Positions 31,379 to 41,113 of a stretch of DNA of 64,000 nucleotides are shown here, piece after piece (position 1 is the stretch's first letter; every line of letters starts with the position of its first letter). Below the pieces are notes generated by a model. It saw only the letters and a program-made list of their open reading frames with translations, was not told the origin of the DNA and ran no database searches. Source of the DNA: Myxococcales bacterium. Its GTDB lineage: Bacteria; Myxococcota_A; UBA9042. The stretch lies in NCBI GenBank assembly GCA_037441385.1, contig JBBISH010000002.1, positions 64,001 through 128,000 of the forward strand. Reading direction: 5' to 3'. The translations under genes and the position numbers were made by a program.

Positions 31379-32227
31379 CTACTTCGCGGCCAACCGCGTA
31401 TCAATCCAGGTGACCAGGTCCGCAAGAACCTGGCGGCGGTCGGCCTCGGGCTCGTTGAACAGCTCGTGGTAGTGGCCGGCGTAGGTGCGCAGTTCGACCT
31501 GATCGCCGCCAATCTGCCCCACAAAGGTCTGGGTGGTCTGCGGATCGATGATGCGATCGCCTGTGCCGACCAGGACCAACGTCGGCAGGCCGGCAAAAGC
31601 CTGCGGTCGGGCGCAGATCTCGGCCTGCATTGCCACGAATTCGGTGTACCACCGCGCCGTGGCCACTTTGCTGTTCAGCGGATCGCGGTCATAGGCCGCC
31701 ACTTCGGCCGAATCGCGGCTGGTGTGCTCGGGCGGAATGCCAGACGGCACCGCAAGTTGCGGCAGCAACTTGGACGCCCCCCGGGCCAGCGCCTCTTTCC
31801 ACGCAGGAATGACCACCGCGTTCTTCAGCGCGGGGTTCGACAGGATCCAACCCTGGACGGCGGCTGGCTTCTTGCGCGCCACCGCCAGGGTGACCAAGCC
31901 GCCCATCGAGTGGCCGACCACGAACAGGGGCGCCGGCAGCTTCTTGGCGGCCAGTTCGATCGCCAGCAGCGCGTCGTCGACGTACTGGTCGAATTGCTCG
32001 ATGAACACGCGCCGGCCTCCGCTCTTGCCATGGCCGCGTTGGTCCCAATCCATCACCGAGATGCCCGCCGGCAGCAGCGCGTGCACCAAATGACCATAGC
32101 GGGCGCCATGTTCGGCAAAGCCGTGGATCACCAGCACAGAGGCGCGCGGTTGCTGTGCGGCGTGGATGCGGTACTGCAGGACGACGCCGTCACTGGCCGA
32201 AAACTGTCCTGTCTCGCTGATGGTCAT
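31379..32227 (-). CDS. Alpha/beta hydrolase (lysophospholipase/monoglyceride lipase family)
   Basis: HGFAEHGARY, DQRGHGKS, GHSMGG, D, HELFNE. Confidence 0.92.
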   Translation of the reverse strand: MTISETGQFSASDGVVLQYRIHAAQQPRASVLVIHGFAEHGARYGHLVHALLPAGISVMDWDQRGHGKSGGRRVFIEQFDQYVDDALLAIELAAKKLPAPLFVVGHSMGGLVTLAVARKKPAAVQGWILSNPALKNAVVIPAWKEALARGASKLLPQLAVPSGIPPEHTSRDSAEVAAYDRDPLNSKVATARWYTEFVAMQAEICARPQAFAGLPTLVLVGTGDRIIDPQTTQTFVGQIGGDQVELRTYAGHYHELFNEPEADRRQVLADLVTWIDTRLAAK

Positions 32228-32344
32228 GAGGTCCTCGCGTCGGCCGGGCCCGTAGCCCGCCGCGTTGGCTGCCGGAAGCGCTGCCGCCCCTGTCCACGAA
32301 TGCGACAGGACTGCATAGCCAGTGCGCCCAAAGCAGCCGTGGAA

Positions 32345-33544
32345 CTACTTGGCAGCACCCGCGGGGGCGGCCGGCGGTGCGCTCGGCACCTTCTCGCCCT
32401 TCCAAGTGCCCTTGAACGCCGTGGTACCAGCGCGCTGCGCGGTCCACGTGCCTTCTAGCCGGTCGCCGCTCAACTTGCCTTCCAGGCGCACCCAATCCAT
32501 GCCAACCTGGCCAAACAGGGCCACTTTGTCGGTGGCGATGCTGCCGCTGACCGGGATGGCTTGGGTCTCGGCCGCGCCGTCGGCGTAGCGCACGGTGGCG
32601 CCAAGCCATTGCACCGCGCCGTTGACCGAACCGGTCGTCCCGCTCAGGTGCAACGAAGCGTTGCGGTCGCCCTTGAGTTCGCCGTTCCATTCGCCCGTGC
32701 TGGCCTTGGCTTGTTCGGCGAGGCGCGGATCGGGGCAACTCTTGGCCTTGGCGGCATGCAACTTAGCCTGAATCTTAGGGAATCGCCCAAGAACCATGCC
32801 GATGCGCGAGAAATCGGCCGCCGAGAAGCCAGCCTTGGCAAACACCGCCGCCGCCGCCTGAGCGTGCGCCAACGCGTCGATCTGACCGCCCTCGTTGGTC
32901 ATGGTGCGCTGCAGGCAGGCAATCTCGACAAAGGCCTGCGCGTAGCGATCGACAAAATCGGCCTGAATCAAGCCCAACTCTGGGGCATAGGTGCACTCGC
33001 TGACTTCCGCTTGCACGGCCGCCTGGGTAGCGGTGTGGGCGTCGGCCAGCGCGTGGGCCGTGCGGTACTTCTGGCGCGTTGCCAGCTCTTCGGCAGTATC
33101 GGGCGTGAGCGGCGCGGCCTTGGCCTCGGGCTTGGCGGCACCTTTGCCGGCCGCCTTGGCGTCGGACTTCGGCGGGTCAAAAACGTGCTCCAAGTGCACG
33201 GCAAACGCCTGCCCCAGCAGCAGATGCACGGCGTGCGTCTCAGCTTGGATCGGGTCCTCGTAGTAGGCCAGCGCACATTTTTCGAGCACGCGGGCCTTGA
33301 CATAGTCGTCGTAGGGCAAGCCGAAATCAGGCTTTGCGGCCGGCGCCGCCACGGGCGAGGCGGCGTCTGCCAGCGGCTCGGCCTTGACGGGTGCGGTGGC
33401 TGCAGGTTCGCCTGGCTTGGCAGGGGGATTGGCCTCGCCGGTGGGCGCCTTCTTGCCACAAGCACTGGCAAGCAGCGCTGCGGCAGTCAGCACGGCCAAG
33501 AGAGGCCGGATGTGAGGGCTTGGCAAGGGCAAGGCAGCGTTCAT
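32345..33544 (-). CDS. Hypothetical lipoprotein (399 aa)
   Basis: Lipobox LLASA-C, Pro/Ala linker, helical core, beta-rich C-terminus; coding-like codon bias. Confidence 0.7.
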   Translation of the reverse strand: MNAALPLPSPHIRPLLAVLTAAALLASACGKKAPTGEANPPAKPGEPAATAPVKAEPLADAASPVAAPAAKPDFGLPYDDYVKARVLEKCALAYYEDPIQAETHAVHLLLGQAFAVHLEHVFDPPKSDAKAAGKGAAKPEAKAAPLTPDTAEELATRQKYRTAHALADAHTATQAAVQAEVSECTYAPELGLIQADFVDRYAQAFVEIACLQRTMTNEGGQIDALAHAQAAAAVFAKAGFSAADFSRIGMVLGRFPKIQAKLHAAKAKSCPDPRLAEQAKASTGEWNGELKGDRNASLHLSGTTGSVNGAVQWLGATVRYADGAAETQAIPVSGSIATDKVALFGQVGMDWVRLEGKLSGDRLEGTWTAQRAGTTAFKGTWKGEKVPSAPPAAPAGAAK

Positions 33545-33866
33545 GGGCAATGGGTCCTCTGGCCTACGGCCTGGGCTGAACCAGTCTAGGGGAGCCGGGG
33601 CGACAAGTCGATCCCTGCAACGCACCCCACCTGATTCGCGCGTGTGCGGCTTTGCTAACCCGTTGTGCAACTGGCGAGAATCAGACCGGGACCTCGGTTC
33701 GGGCTCGGAGAATTGCCAGAATTTTCGGTCCAAATCGGACGGAATCGGTATGGGTCGCTACAATAGCAAGTTCGCTCCTGACCTTGGCCTCGCCCTCGCC
33801 GCGGAGGCGACAGGTGCGCTATAGTGCGGGGCCGTGGCGCCCGCTGGGGCTGGCTTGGACGCGCCG

Positions 33867-34628
33867 ATGTGGTGGATATGCAAGGCGATGGCCAGCTGCG
33901 GGCTGGCGGTGGCGCTGTTGGCGGCGGCCCCGGGTCACGCGGCCGAGCTGCCGACCGCCTCTGTGCGGATTGCCTGGCTCAAGACGAGCACGATCGACCC
34001 CAGTTCGGCGATCGAGTCGTGGGTGCAAGAAGTTCGGCTGCGCACCAGCATCCAGGCCGAGCCGCGCGCGGCCACGGTTCGCCCAGAAGACTCAACGCTT
34101 TTTCACTTTCCGCTTTTGTACTGGGCGGGGGACCGCGCCCCACCGCGCCTGAGCGACGCCGCCGTGGTGAACCTGCGTCAGCACCTATCCACGGGCGGCA
34201 CCTTGATCATCGACAATGCGGGGCGCGCCGAGGCATCGGCCGCCTTTGACACGGCGGTTCGCCGGGAGCTGCAGCGCATCTTTCCGCAGCCCTTGCAGAA
34301 AGTTCCGCCGGGTCACGTCATCTTCCGGAGCTTCTACCGCTTGGAGCAGGCGCTGGGGCGCCGCGCCGACAGCCGCGACTTGGAGGGGCTGCGTGTGGGT
34401 GGCCACTTTGCGGTGCTGTACACGCGCAACGATCTGCAAGGCGCGCTGGCCCGCCAGAGCATCGGCGGGTTTGCCATGGCGGTGGTGCCGGGCGGCGAGA
34501 CCCAGCGCGAGTCCGCGATCCGGCTGGCGGTCAACCTGCTGATGTACGCGCTGTGCATCGACTACAAAGACGACCATACGCACGTGCTCTACTTGCTAAG
34601 GCACCGGCGCGGCGAGGAAAGCCCGTGA
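33867..34628 (+). CDS. DUF4159-like secreted protein
   Basis: Signal peptide; RTSI, FPLLYW, LRQHLSTGGTLIID, HVIFRSFY, RLAVNLLMYALCIDYKDD; start uncertain. Confidence 0.8.
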   Translation: MWWICKAMASCGLAVALLAAAPGHAAELPTASVRIAWLKTSTIDPSSAIESWVQEVRLRTSIQAEPRAATVRPEDSTLFHFPLLYWAGDRAPPRLSDAAVVNLRQHLSTGGTLIIDNAGRAEASAAFDTAVRRELQRIFPQPLQKVPPGHVIFRSFYRLEQALGRRADSRDLEGLRVGGHFAVLYTRNDLQGALARQSIGGFAMAVVPGGETQRESAIRLAVNLLMYALCIDYKDDHTHVLYLLRHRRGEESP

Positions 34629-36919
34629 CCGAGGTCTGGCGCGATCACATCGAATGGGCGCTGTCGTGGCCCTGGAGCGCGCGGATCGCCGTGCTGCTGC
34701 TGGCGCTGGCCATTGTGGGCTTGACCTGGTTGAACATCCGCCAGATTGCGTCGCTGCGGCGCCGTGCGGTGCTGCTGGGCCTGCGTGCCACCACGATTGG
34801 ACTGCTGTTGCTGGTCTTGGCGCAGCCGAGTTGGGTCAGCGTGTCGCAGCACCTGGCGTCGGCCCGCACCGCGGTGGTGATCGATCGATCGGCGTCGATG
34901 GCCCTGGGCAAGGGCGACGCGCGCCGCTGGGATCGAGCCCTGCAGGCGGCCAAGGCCTTGGCCGGCGACGGCGCCGCGGACTGGTACAGCTTTGGCGAAG
35001 TGTTGGAACCGGCTGGCAGCTGGCAGGAATTGGCCGAGCGGCGCCCCGATGGCGAGCGGTCGAACCTGGGCGCGGTGCTGCGTGGGCTGGCGGCGCAGCG
35101 GCGGACAGCGCCGTGGAAGGCCGTGGCGCTGATCAGCGACGGCCTGGACAACGCGACGGTGCGCGCGCGCAATCCAGTGGGCACCGCCAGCTTGGACTCA
35201 GAAACCCTGTCCGAATTGAGGCAGTTGCAGGCTCCGCTGCACGCCATCTACATCGACGATCCAGTGCCGGTGCGCGACGTCGCCGTGGCCGGGGTACGCG
35301 TAAGTTCGTTTGGATATACAAGAACGTATGTACCCGTGTCGGTCGACATCGAAGTATCGGGCCTGGGCGACGCCAGCGGGAGCCTGACGCTGCAACTGTC
35401 CGACAACGGCAAGGCGATGGTCACGCAACAGGTGCCGATTGCTGGACCGGCGCGGCGGACGGTGGAGCTCGAGTTCCAGCCCCTGCACGTGGGCACGCAC
35501 ATTTTGGAGGCGGCGGTCGTGCCCCTGCCCGACGAAGTGACGGTGGCCAACAACCGCGCCCACGTGGGCATGCGTGTGGTTCGGGATCGCACCCGCGTGC
35601 TGCATCTGGCGGGCCATCCCAGTTGGGACACGCGCTTCTTGCGCAGTCACCTCAAGGGCAACACCGCGGTGGACCTGGTGTCGTTCTACGTCATGGTTGG
35701 CCAGGGCGCCGGCGGCATGGTCTCGGCCGAAGACACCACGCTGATGCCCTTCCCGGCCAAAGAGATCTTCGAGGACTCGCTCTCTGGCTTTGACCTAGTT
35801 ATTTTGCAGGATTTTCCCTTTGGCCCCTTCAACCTGGAGCAGTACCTGCCGCAGCTCGCGCAGTACCTGCAGGCCGGCGGCGCGATGCTGGTGCTGGGCG
35901 GGCCGCAGAGCCTGGGCGCGGGTGGCTATGCCGGCACAGCGCTTGCAGATTTGCTGCCCGTGGAAGTGGCGCGATCGCCCAGTGACGGCGGTTGGGTCAG
36001 CGGGCCGCAAAAACTGACAGTGACCCCCGTGGGCGCCGCCCATCCGGCGAGCTTGTTGGGGCGCGACGCACAAGAGAGCACGGCGATTTGGCAAATGCAC
36101 CGCCTGGTTGGGCGCAACAGTGCCCTGAGGCCACGCCAGGGTAGCCACCTGCTGGTCACGGACCCGGCCGGCGAGCCCGTGCTGGCGGTGGGCGAGGTGG
36201 GCGAGGGGCGCACGGCCCTGCTGGCCAGCGACTCGCTGTGGATGTGGGCCTTTGGCGCCGATGTCGAGGCCGATGGCGACAGCAACCGCGAAGTGCAGCG
36301 CGGCCACTACCATCGTCTTTTCGATCAGTTGTCGGCCTGGCTGCTGCGCGACCCGGACCTGGAGCTGCTGCGCATCGAGGCGCCGGGCGAGCCCGTGCCC
36401 GAAGGCAAGCCGCTGGCCATCGAAGTGCAACTCCGCGACGGCGCAGGGCAACCCAAGGTTGCCGTCCCGCTGCGCTATGCCTTGGTGCCGCTGGCCGAGC
36501 TCAAGGGCGACCCGGCCGCCGACCGCAGCGGGCCCACGACCAACGCCAGCGGCCAAGCCACCTTGCGCGCCGATGGGCTGGCGGCCGGTGCCTATCTCGC
36601 GGTGGTCGAGGCCGAAGTCGATGGCCGCAAACAGCGCGCATCCGCGGCGGTAATCGTCGCAAGCAGCCACATCGAGGCGTCGCAGGTGCAGCCATCGGAC
36701 CGCTTGCTGCAACTGCTGGCGCGCGCCAGTCTTGGCACGGTGTATGCAGGCAGAGCGCCCGCAGGAGGCCTGCCGCTGCCGCCCGTCGACCGCCGCGATG
36801 CTGCCGCGCTGGCCGACAAACAACACACGGATCTTTGGAGCCGGCCTGAAGTTCTGGCCTTGCTGGTTGCGCTGTTGTGCGGGGAGTGGTTCCTGCGCCG
36901 GCGCTGGGGCCTTGCCTAG
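34625..36919 (+). CDS. Membrane protein with vWA-like and glutamine-amidotransferase-like domains
   Basis: IDRSASM, ISDG, NN, PSWDTRFLR, PFPAKEIF, GGAMLVLGGPQSLGAGGY, C-terminal EWFLRRRWGLA; GTGA overlap. Confidence 0.85.
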   Translation: MTEVWRDHIEWALSWPWSARIAVLLLALAIVGLTWLNIRQIASLRRRAVLLGLRATTIGLLLLVLAQPSWVSVSQHLASARTAVVIDRSASMALGKGDARRWDRALQAAKALAGDGAADWYSFGEVLEPAGSWQELAERRPDGERSNLGAVLRGLAAQRRTAPWKAVALISDGLDNATVRARNPVGTASLDSETLSELRQLQAPLHAIYIDDPVPVRDVAVAGVRVSSFGYTRTYVPVSVDIEVSGLGDASGSLTLQLSDNGKAMVTQQVPIAGPARRTVELEFQPLHVGTHILEAAVVPLPDEVTVANNRAHVGMRVVRDRTRVLHLAGHPSWDTRFLRSHLKGNTAVDLVSFYVMVGQGAGGMVSAEDTTLMPFPAKEIFEDSLSGFDLVILQDFPFGPFNLEQYLPQLAQYLQAGGAMLVLGGPQSLGAGGYAGTALADLLPVEVARSPSDGGWVSGPQKLTVTPVGAAHPASLLGRDAQESTAIWQMHRLVGRNSALRPRQGSHLLVTDPAGEPVLAVGEVGEGRTALLASDSLWMWAFGADVEADGDSNREVQRGHYHRLFDQLSAWLLRDPDLELLRIEAPGEPVPEGKPLAIEVQLRDGAGQPKVAVPLRYALVPLAELKGDPAADRSGPTTNASGQATLRADGLAAGAYLAVVEAEVDGRKQRASAAVIVASSHIEASQVQPSDRLLQLLARASLGTVYAGRAPAGGLPLPPVDRRDAAALADKQHTDLWSRPEVLALLVALLCGEWFLRRRWGLA

Positions 36920-36987
36920 TCGGCAGCCGGCCCGTAGCCTTTGGCCGCCGCACATTCCGTGAGCCGCCCACCCAGGAGTACCGCACG

Positions 36988-39564
36988 ATGTCGACACGAG
37001 AGCACGGGTTTTGGGGCATTTCCGCCGTGGAGCAAGCGGGCCTGTATGGGCTGCGCGCCCCCAAGGAGTTTTCGCGCGCCGATACGCCTGAACAGTTCTG
37101 CCCCGATATCCCCGTGGACTGGGAGGAATTGACGCTGGCGGTGGAAGTCGACGTCCTGGGCAAGCGAGTTCGGGGCACGGCCACGTGGAGCGGCACGGTG
37201 CGGCGCGCCGCCTTGAGCCGCGTCCGCTTCGACGCCGATGGCTTTGCCGTGCTGCGCGCGTTTGGCGGCGATGGCCACAAGCTGGCGTTGGAGCACGATG
37301 GCCGCGCGTTGTGGCTGGACCTGGGCGGCGGCTGCCACCGCGGCGATTCCGTGCGCGTCGCGATCGACTTCGAAACGGTCGATCCTCGGGCGGGTTTTTA
37401 CTTCATCGTGCCCGACGCCGATCACCCGGACCGGCCGGCCCATGCCTGGACCCAGGGCCAAGACGAAGACAGCAAGTACTGGTTCCCGTGCCACGATAGC
37501 CCCAATCACAAAGTGCGCTTGAACCTCATCGCCACAGTGCCAGAGGGGATGGCCGCCCTGTCCAACGGCGTGTTGCGCAACATCTACCGCGCGGCAGATG
37601 CCCACCAGCGCATCTACGACTGGCAGATGGCCCGGCCTCTGCCGATCTATCTGCTGACGCTGGTGGTCGGCCCGTTCGTCGAAGTCAAACAACAGCAAGA
37701 GCCTGTGCCTGTCAGCTACTTTGTGCTGCCGGGTCGCGAGGCCGACGGCGAGCGCAGCTTTGGCCGCACGCCCGAGATGATCGCCGACTTTGAGCGGCGG
37801 ACCGGTGTGCGCTATCCGTTCGAGAAGTATGCGCAAGTGGCGGTCAGCGAGTTCGTGTTCGGCGGCATGGAAAATGCGTCGATGACCACGCAGACCGACC
37901 TGACCCTGCACGACGAGCGCGCGCACTTGGACTTTTCGTCCGAGCCGCTGGTCAGCCACGAGCTGGCGCACCAATGGTTTGGCGATCTGGTGACCTGCCG
38001 GCAGTGGGCCCACGGATGGCTCAACGAGGGCTTTGCGACCTACTTTGAGCAGCTGTGGGAAGAAACCGCGCGCGGCAACGACGAATTCGACTACTACCGC
38101 CAGCTGGCCATGCGGCGCTACATGGCCGAAGACGGCGGGCGCTACCGCCGCACCATCGTCACGCATCGCTACGACGAGCCGATCGACGTTTTTGACGCCC
38201 ACCTGTACGAAAAGGGCGGCGCGGTCCTGCACATGCTGCGCCGCGAACTGGGCGACACGACTTTCTTTGGCGCAGTGGGGGCTTACCTGCAGGCCTTTGC
38301 CGACCAAGTGGTCGAGACCCCCGACCTGCGCCGCGCCATCGAGAACTACGCGGGCCGCGATCTGGGCCAGTTCTTCTCGCAGTGGGTCGAAAACGGCAAG
38401 GGCCACCCCGAGTTCAAGCTGAGCGGCAGCTGGGACGGCGACGAAAGGCAGTTCAAGCTGACCGTGGAGCAGACCCAAGACCTTGACCATGCGCCGGTTT
38501 TCTCGGTGCAGTTGCCCGTGCGCTTCGAGTTCGACGGCGGCGATCCGTTGGAGCTGACGCTCAAAGTAAGCAAGAAGCAACAGAGTTTCCACCTGAGTCT
38601 GCCCGCGGCGCCCAAGCTGGCGCTGGTCGATCCGCGCGGCGACGTGCTGGGCACCTGGGAGCTGAGCCTGAGCGAACCGCTGCTGCGGGCGGCCCTGGCC
38701 AGCGCGCCCTTCGCGATGGCCCGCGTGCAAGCCGCCGTGGCGCTGGGCAAGAAGCCGAACCGGCAGAATGTAGAGGCGCTGTCGGCAGTTCTGGGCAGCG
38801 ACGCGCCATGGATGGTGCAAGACGAAGCGGCGCGCGCCCTGGCCAAGATCGGCTCGCAGGCCGCGTTCGACAGCCTGGCCGCAGCCGCGAACATCGCCCA
38901 CCCCAAAGCCAGGCGGGCGGTTCGCGAAGGTCTGGGCCGGTTTGCTACCCATGCGTCGGCCGAGCTGTTGGCCAGGCTGCTGGCGGCCGGCGACGCTTCC
39001 GTGCTGGTCGAAGCCGAGACCGCGCGTTCGTTGGGAGCGACCCGCGACCCGCTGGCCTTCGACGCGCTGGTAGCGGCGCTGAGCCGCGACAGTTGGAATG
39101 AGACCGTGCGCATCGGCGTGCTCGATGGGCTGGCAGCGCTGGCCGACGTGCGCGGCATCGCCGTGGCCGCGAGCTACTTGCCCAAACATTTCCCAACCTT
39201 GCTTCGCTGTGGCGCCATCCGTTGCCTGAGCAGCTTTGTGTCCGAGCCCGGCAAGGCCACCGACGCACTGCGCCCCTGGACCAGCGACACGTCCTTCCGT
39301 TTTGCCTTCAATCTGGCCGCTTCGCTGGGCGGTTTGGGCGACGGCCGCGCCCTGGCTCTGCTGCAGGCGGTGGCGGATCGCGCCATCGACGGCCGGGTCA
39401 AGAAGCGCGCCAACGAGTCGATCGCCAGTATTCGCGCAGGGTTGGGCGCAGGTCGGCAAGTCGATGCCCTGCGTGGGGACGTGGAAGGACTGCGCAACCA
39501 GCTGCGCGATCTGAGCGAAAACGTCGACCGCGAGACGCAGCTGCGCAAGGTTGCTCGCTCTTGA
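36988..39564 (+). CDS. M1-family aminopeptidase with C-terminal HEAT repeats and coiled coil
   Basis: GGMEN, HELAHQWFG, WLNEGFA, YEKGG; AGGAG RBS. Confidence 0.93.
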   Translation: MSTREHGFWGISAVEQAGLYGLRAPKEFSRADTPEQFCPDIPVDWEELTLAVEVDVLGKRVRGTATWSGTVRRAALSRVRFDADGFAVLRAFGGDGHKLALEHDGRALWLDLGGGCHRGDSVRVAIDFETVDPRAGFYFIVPDADHPDRPAHAWTQGQDEDSKYWFPCHDSPNHKVRLNLIATVPEGMAALSNGVLRNIYRAADAHQRIYDWQMARPLPIYLLTLVVGPFVEVKQQQEPVPVSYFVLPGREADGERSFGRTPEMIADFERRTGVRYPFEKYAQVAVSEFVFGGMENASMTTQTDLTLHDERAHLDFSSEPLVSHELAHQWFGDLVTCRQWAHGWLNEGFATYFEQLWEETARGNDEFDYYRQLAMRRYMAEDGGRYRRTIVTHRYDEPIDVFDAHLYEKGGAVLHMLRRELGDTTFFGAVGAYLQAFADQVVETPDLRRAIENYAGRDLGQFFSQWVENGKGHPEFKLSGSWDGDERQFKLTVEQTQDLDHAPVFSVQLPVRFEFDGGDPLELTLKVSKKQQSFHLSLPAAPKLALVDPRGDVLGTWELSLSEPLLRAALASAPFAMARVQAAVALGKKPNRQNVEALSAVLGSDAPWMVQDEAARALAKIGSQAAFDSLAAAANIAHPKARRAVREGLGRFATHASAELLARLLAAGDASVLVEAETARSLGATRDPLAFDALVAALSRDSWNETVRIGVLDGLAALADVRGIAVAASYLPKHFPTLLRCGAIRCLSSFVSEPGKATDALRPWTSDTSFRFAFNLAASLGGLGDGRALALLQAVADRAIDGRVKKRANESIASIRAGLGAGRQVDALRGDVEGLRNQLRDLSENVDRETQLRKVARS

Positions 39565-40739
39565 CCGGCTTTGATCAGGCCAGCCGCGCTGTTCGCGACG
39601 CCGTGGCAGCGGGCATGGGTTCGGCCGCGGCCCTGGCCGCAGTGGGCAGCGACGGGCCGTGGTCCGCCATGGCCGTGGGGCGAACCAGCCGCGTCGCAAC
39701 CGAGCCAAATGCGCGCGGCGGCGCGGCGATCCCCTGGCCAGGGACGCCGGTGGACCTGGACACGCCGTTCGATTTGGCGTCGCTCACCAAGCCGATGGCC
39801 ACCAGCACGCTGCTCGCCCTGGCCGTGGCGCGCGGCCACTTGAGTTTGGACGATCCACTCAGTCGCTGGCTGGCCGACGCCAGGGGCACGGCCTTGGCGG
39901 GTTTGCCTCTGCGGCAGTTCCTGGGCCACGCCTCTGGACTACCGGCATGGCATGACTTTTTTGCGGACACCGTCGACGCGGCAACCCCCAAAGCCCGGGG
40001 CGAGCGCGTCCGCCGCGCCGTGCTCGCAACCCCGTTGGACGCGCCGCCCGGCAGTCGCGCGGTGTACAGCGATTTGGGGTTTCTGCTGTTGGGGTGGGTG
40101 CTCGAGGCCCAAGCTGGAGCGCCGCTGGACCAGCTGTTCGCCAACCAGGTGGCGCGGCCGCTGGGTCTGAGCGCGCACTTTGTCCGGCCCGGCCAGCGCT
40201 GGTCGACGCCAGTGGTACGCACTGAGGTCTGGGCGCCGCGATGCCGCGACGGGCGCCCCCTGGCGGGCGTGGTCCACGACGACAACTGCGCGGCGCTGTC
40301 TGGAGTTGCGGGCCACGCCGGCCTGTTTGGCTCGCTGCGCGATGTGGCTACTTGGGCCCGGGTGTGGCTGCGCGCGGCGCGCGGCCAAGCGAACGACCTG
40401 GATCTGCCGCCGGAACAGGTGCGCGAGTGGGTGACCACCGCGGTGGCGCCCGACACGACTTGGCGTCTCGGCTTCGACACGCCCAGTCGTCCCGCGTCCA
40501 GTGCCGGGCAGTGCGCGCCCGACGACGCTTTTGGCCACCTTGGCTTTACCGGCACCAGCGTGTGGATGTCGGCGCAGGCGAATCTGGCCATCGTCCTGCT
40601 GAGCAACCGCGTGCACCCCAGCCGCGACGCAGTGGCGGCTATCCGTGCGCTGCGCCCCACCGTTGGCGACGCGCTGTGGCCCAGGCTCGACGCGGCCGGC
40701 TTGCCCGTCCACGCAGGCACTGCCCACGGACCGGCCTGA
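39561..40739 (+). CDS. Serine hydrolase (beta-lactamase/AmpC-like family)
   Basis: FDLASLTK (SxxK), YSDLG, GVVHDDN, GHAGLF, GHLGFTGTS; TTGA overlap. Confidence 0.9.
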   Translation: MTGFDQASRAVRDAVAAGMGSAAALAAVGSDGPWSAMAVGRTSRVATEPNARGGAAIPWPGTPVDLDTPFDLASLTKPMATSTLLALAVARGHLSLDDPLSRWLADARGTALAGLPLRQFLGHASGLPAWHDFFADTVDAATPKARGERVRRAVLATPLDAPPGSRAVYSDLGFLLLGWVLEAQAGAPLDQLFANQVARPLGLSAHFVRPGQRWSTPVVRTEVWAPRCRDGRPLAGVVHDDNCAALSGVAGHAGLFGSLRDVATWARVWLRAARGQANDLDLPPEQVREWVTTAVAPDTTWRLGFDTPSRPASSAGQCAPDDAFGHLGFTGTSVWMSAQANLAIVLLSNRVHPSRDAVAAIRALRPTVGDALWPRLDAAGLPVHAGTAHGPA

Positions 40740-40784
40740 CGGCGGCAGGTCGCTGCAACAAGTGGCTCTGACGCGTCAGGGTCG

Positions 40785-40814
40785 TTGACCGGACCCCACT
40801 TGCGCTGCTATCTT
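40785..40814 (+). promoter_or_regulatory. Putative sigma-70 promoter
   Basis: TTGACC-N18-TATCTT with a TG extended -10; flanked by two perfect palindromes. Confidence 0.45.
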
Positions 40815-41113
40815 GGCAGTCGCCTTGTTGGCGGTGTGCCTTGGTGCACCAAGACCGAGGCGAATGCGAACCGCGCGACACGCTTGGTGAGTCGCAGGCA
40901 AGGTTGGCCGAAGCAGACATGCACGAAGAATGCGTGCGCTGTTTGGCGACGACGCGAGCGGGAGGCAGGGCGACGACGCGGGTGTGTCGCGCCGACGCAA
41001 GGGCCGCTGCAGAGCGGGGCTAGCGCGCAAGCGCCGGTGAGACGAACTCGACGACAAGTCGGCTCCGCACCGACCGGATGCGGCAGCCCGACCCACGTTG
41101 GGAGGATGCAAGG

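Noticed and set aside
39561..40739. Beta-lactam resistance gene
   Set aside because: YSD and HLG motifs, no signal peptide and no mobile context fit a housekeeping esterase or peptidase
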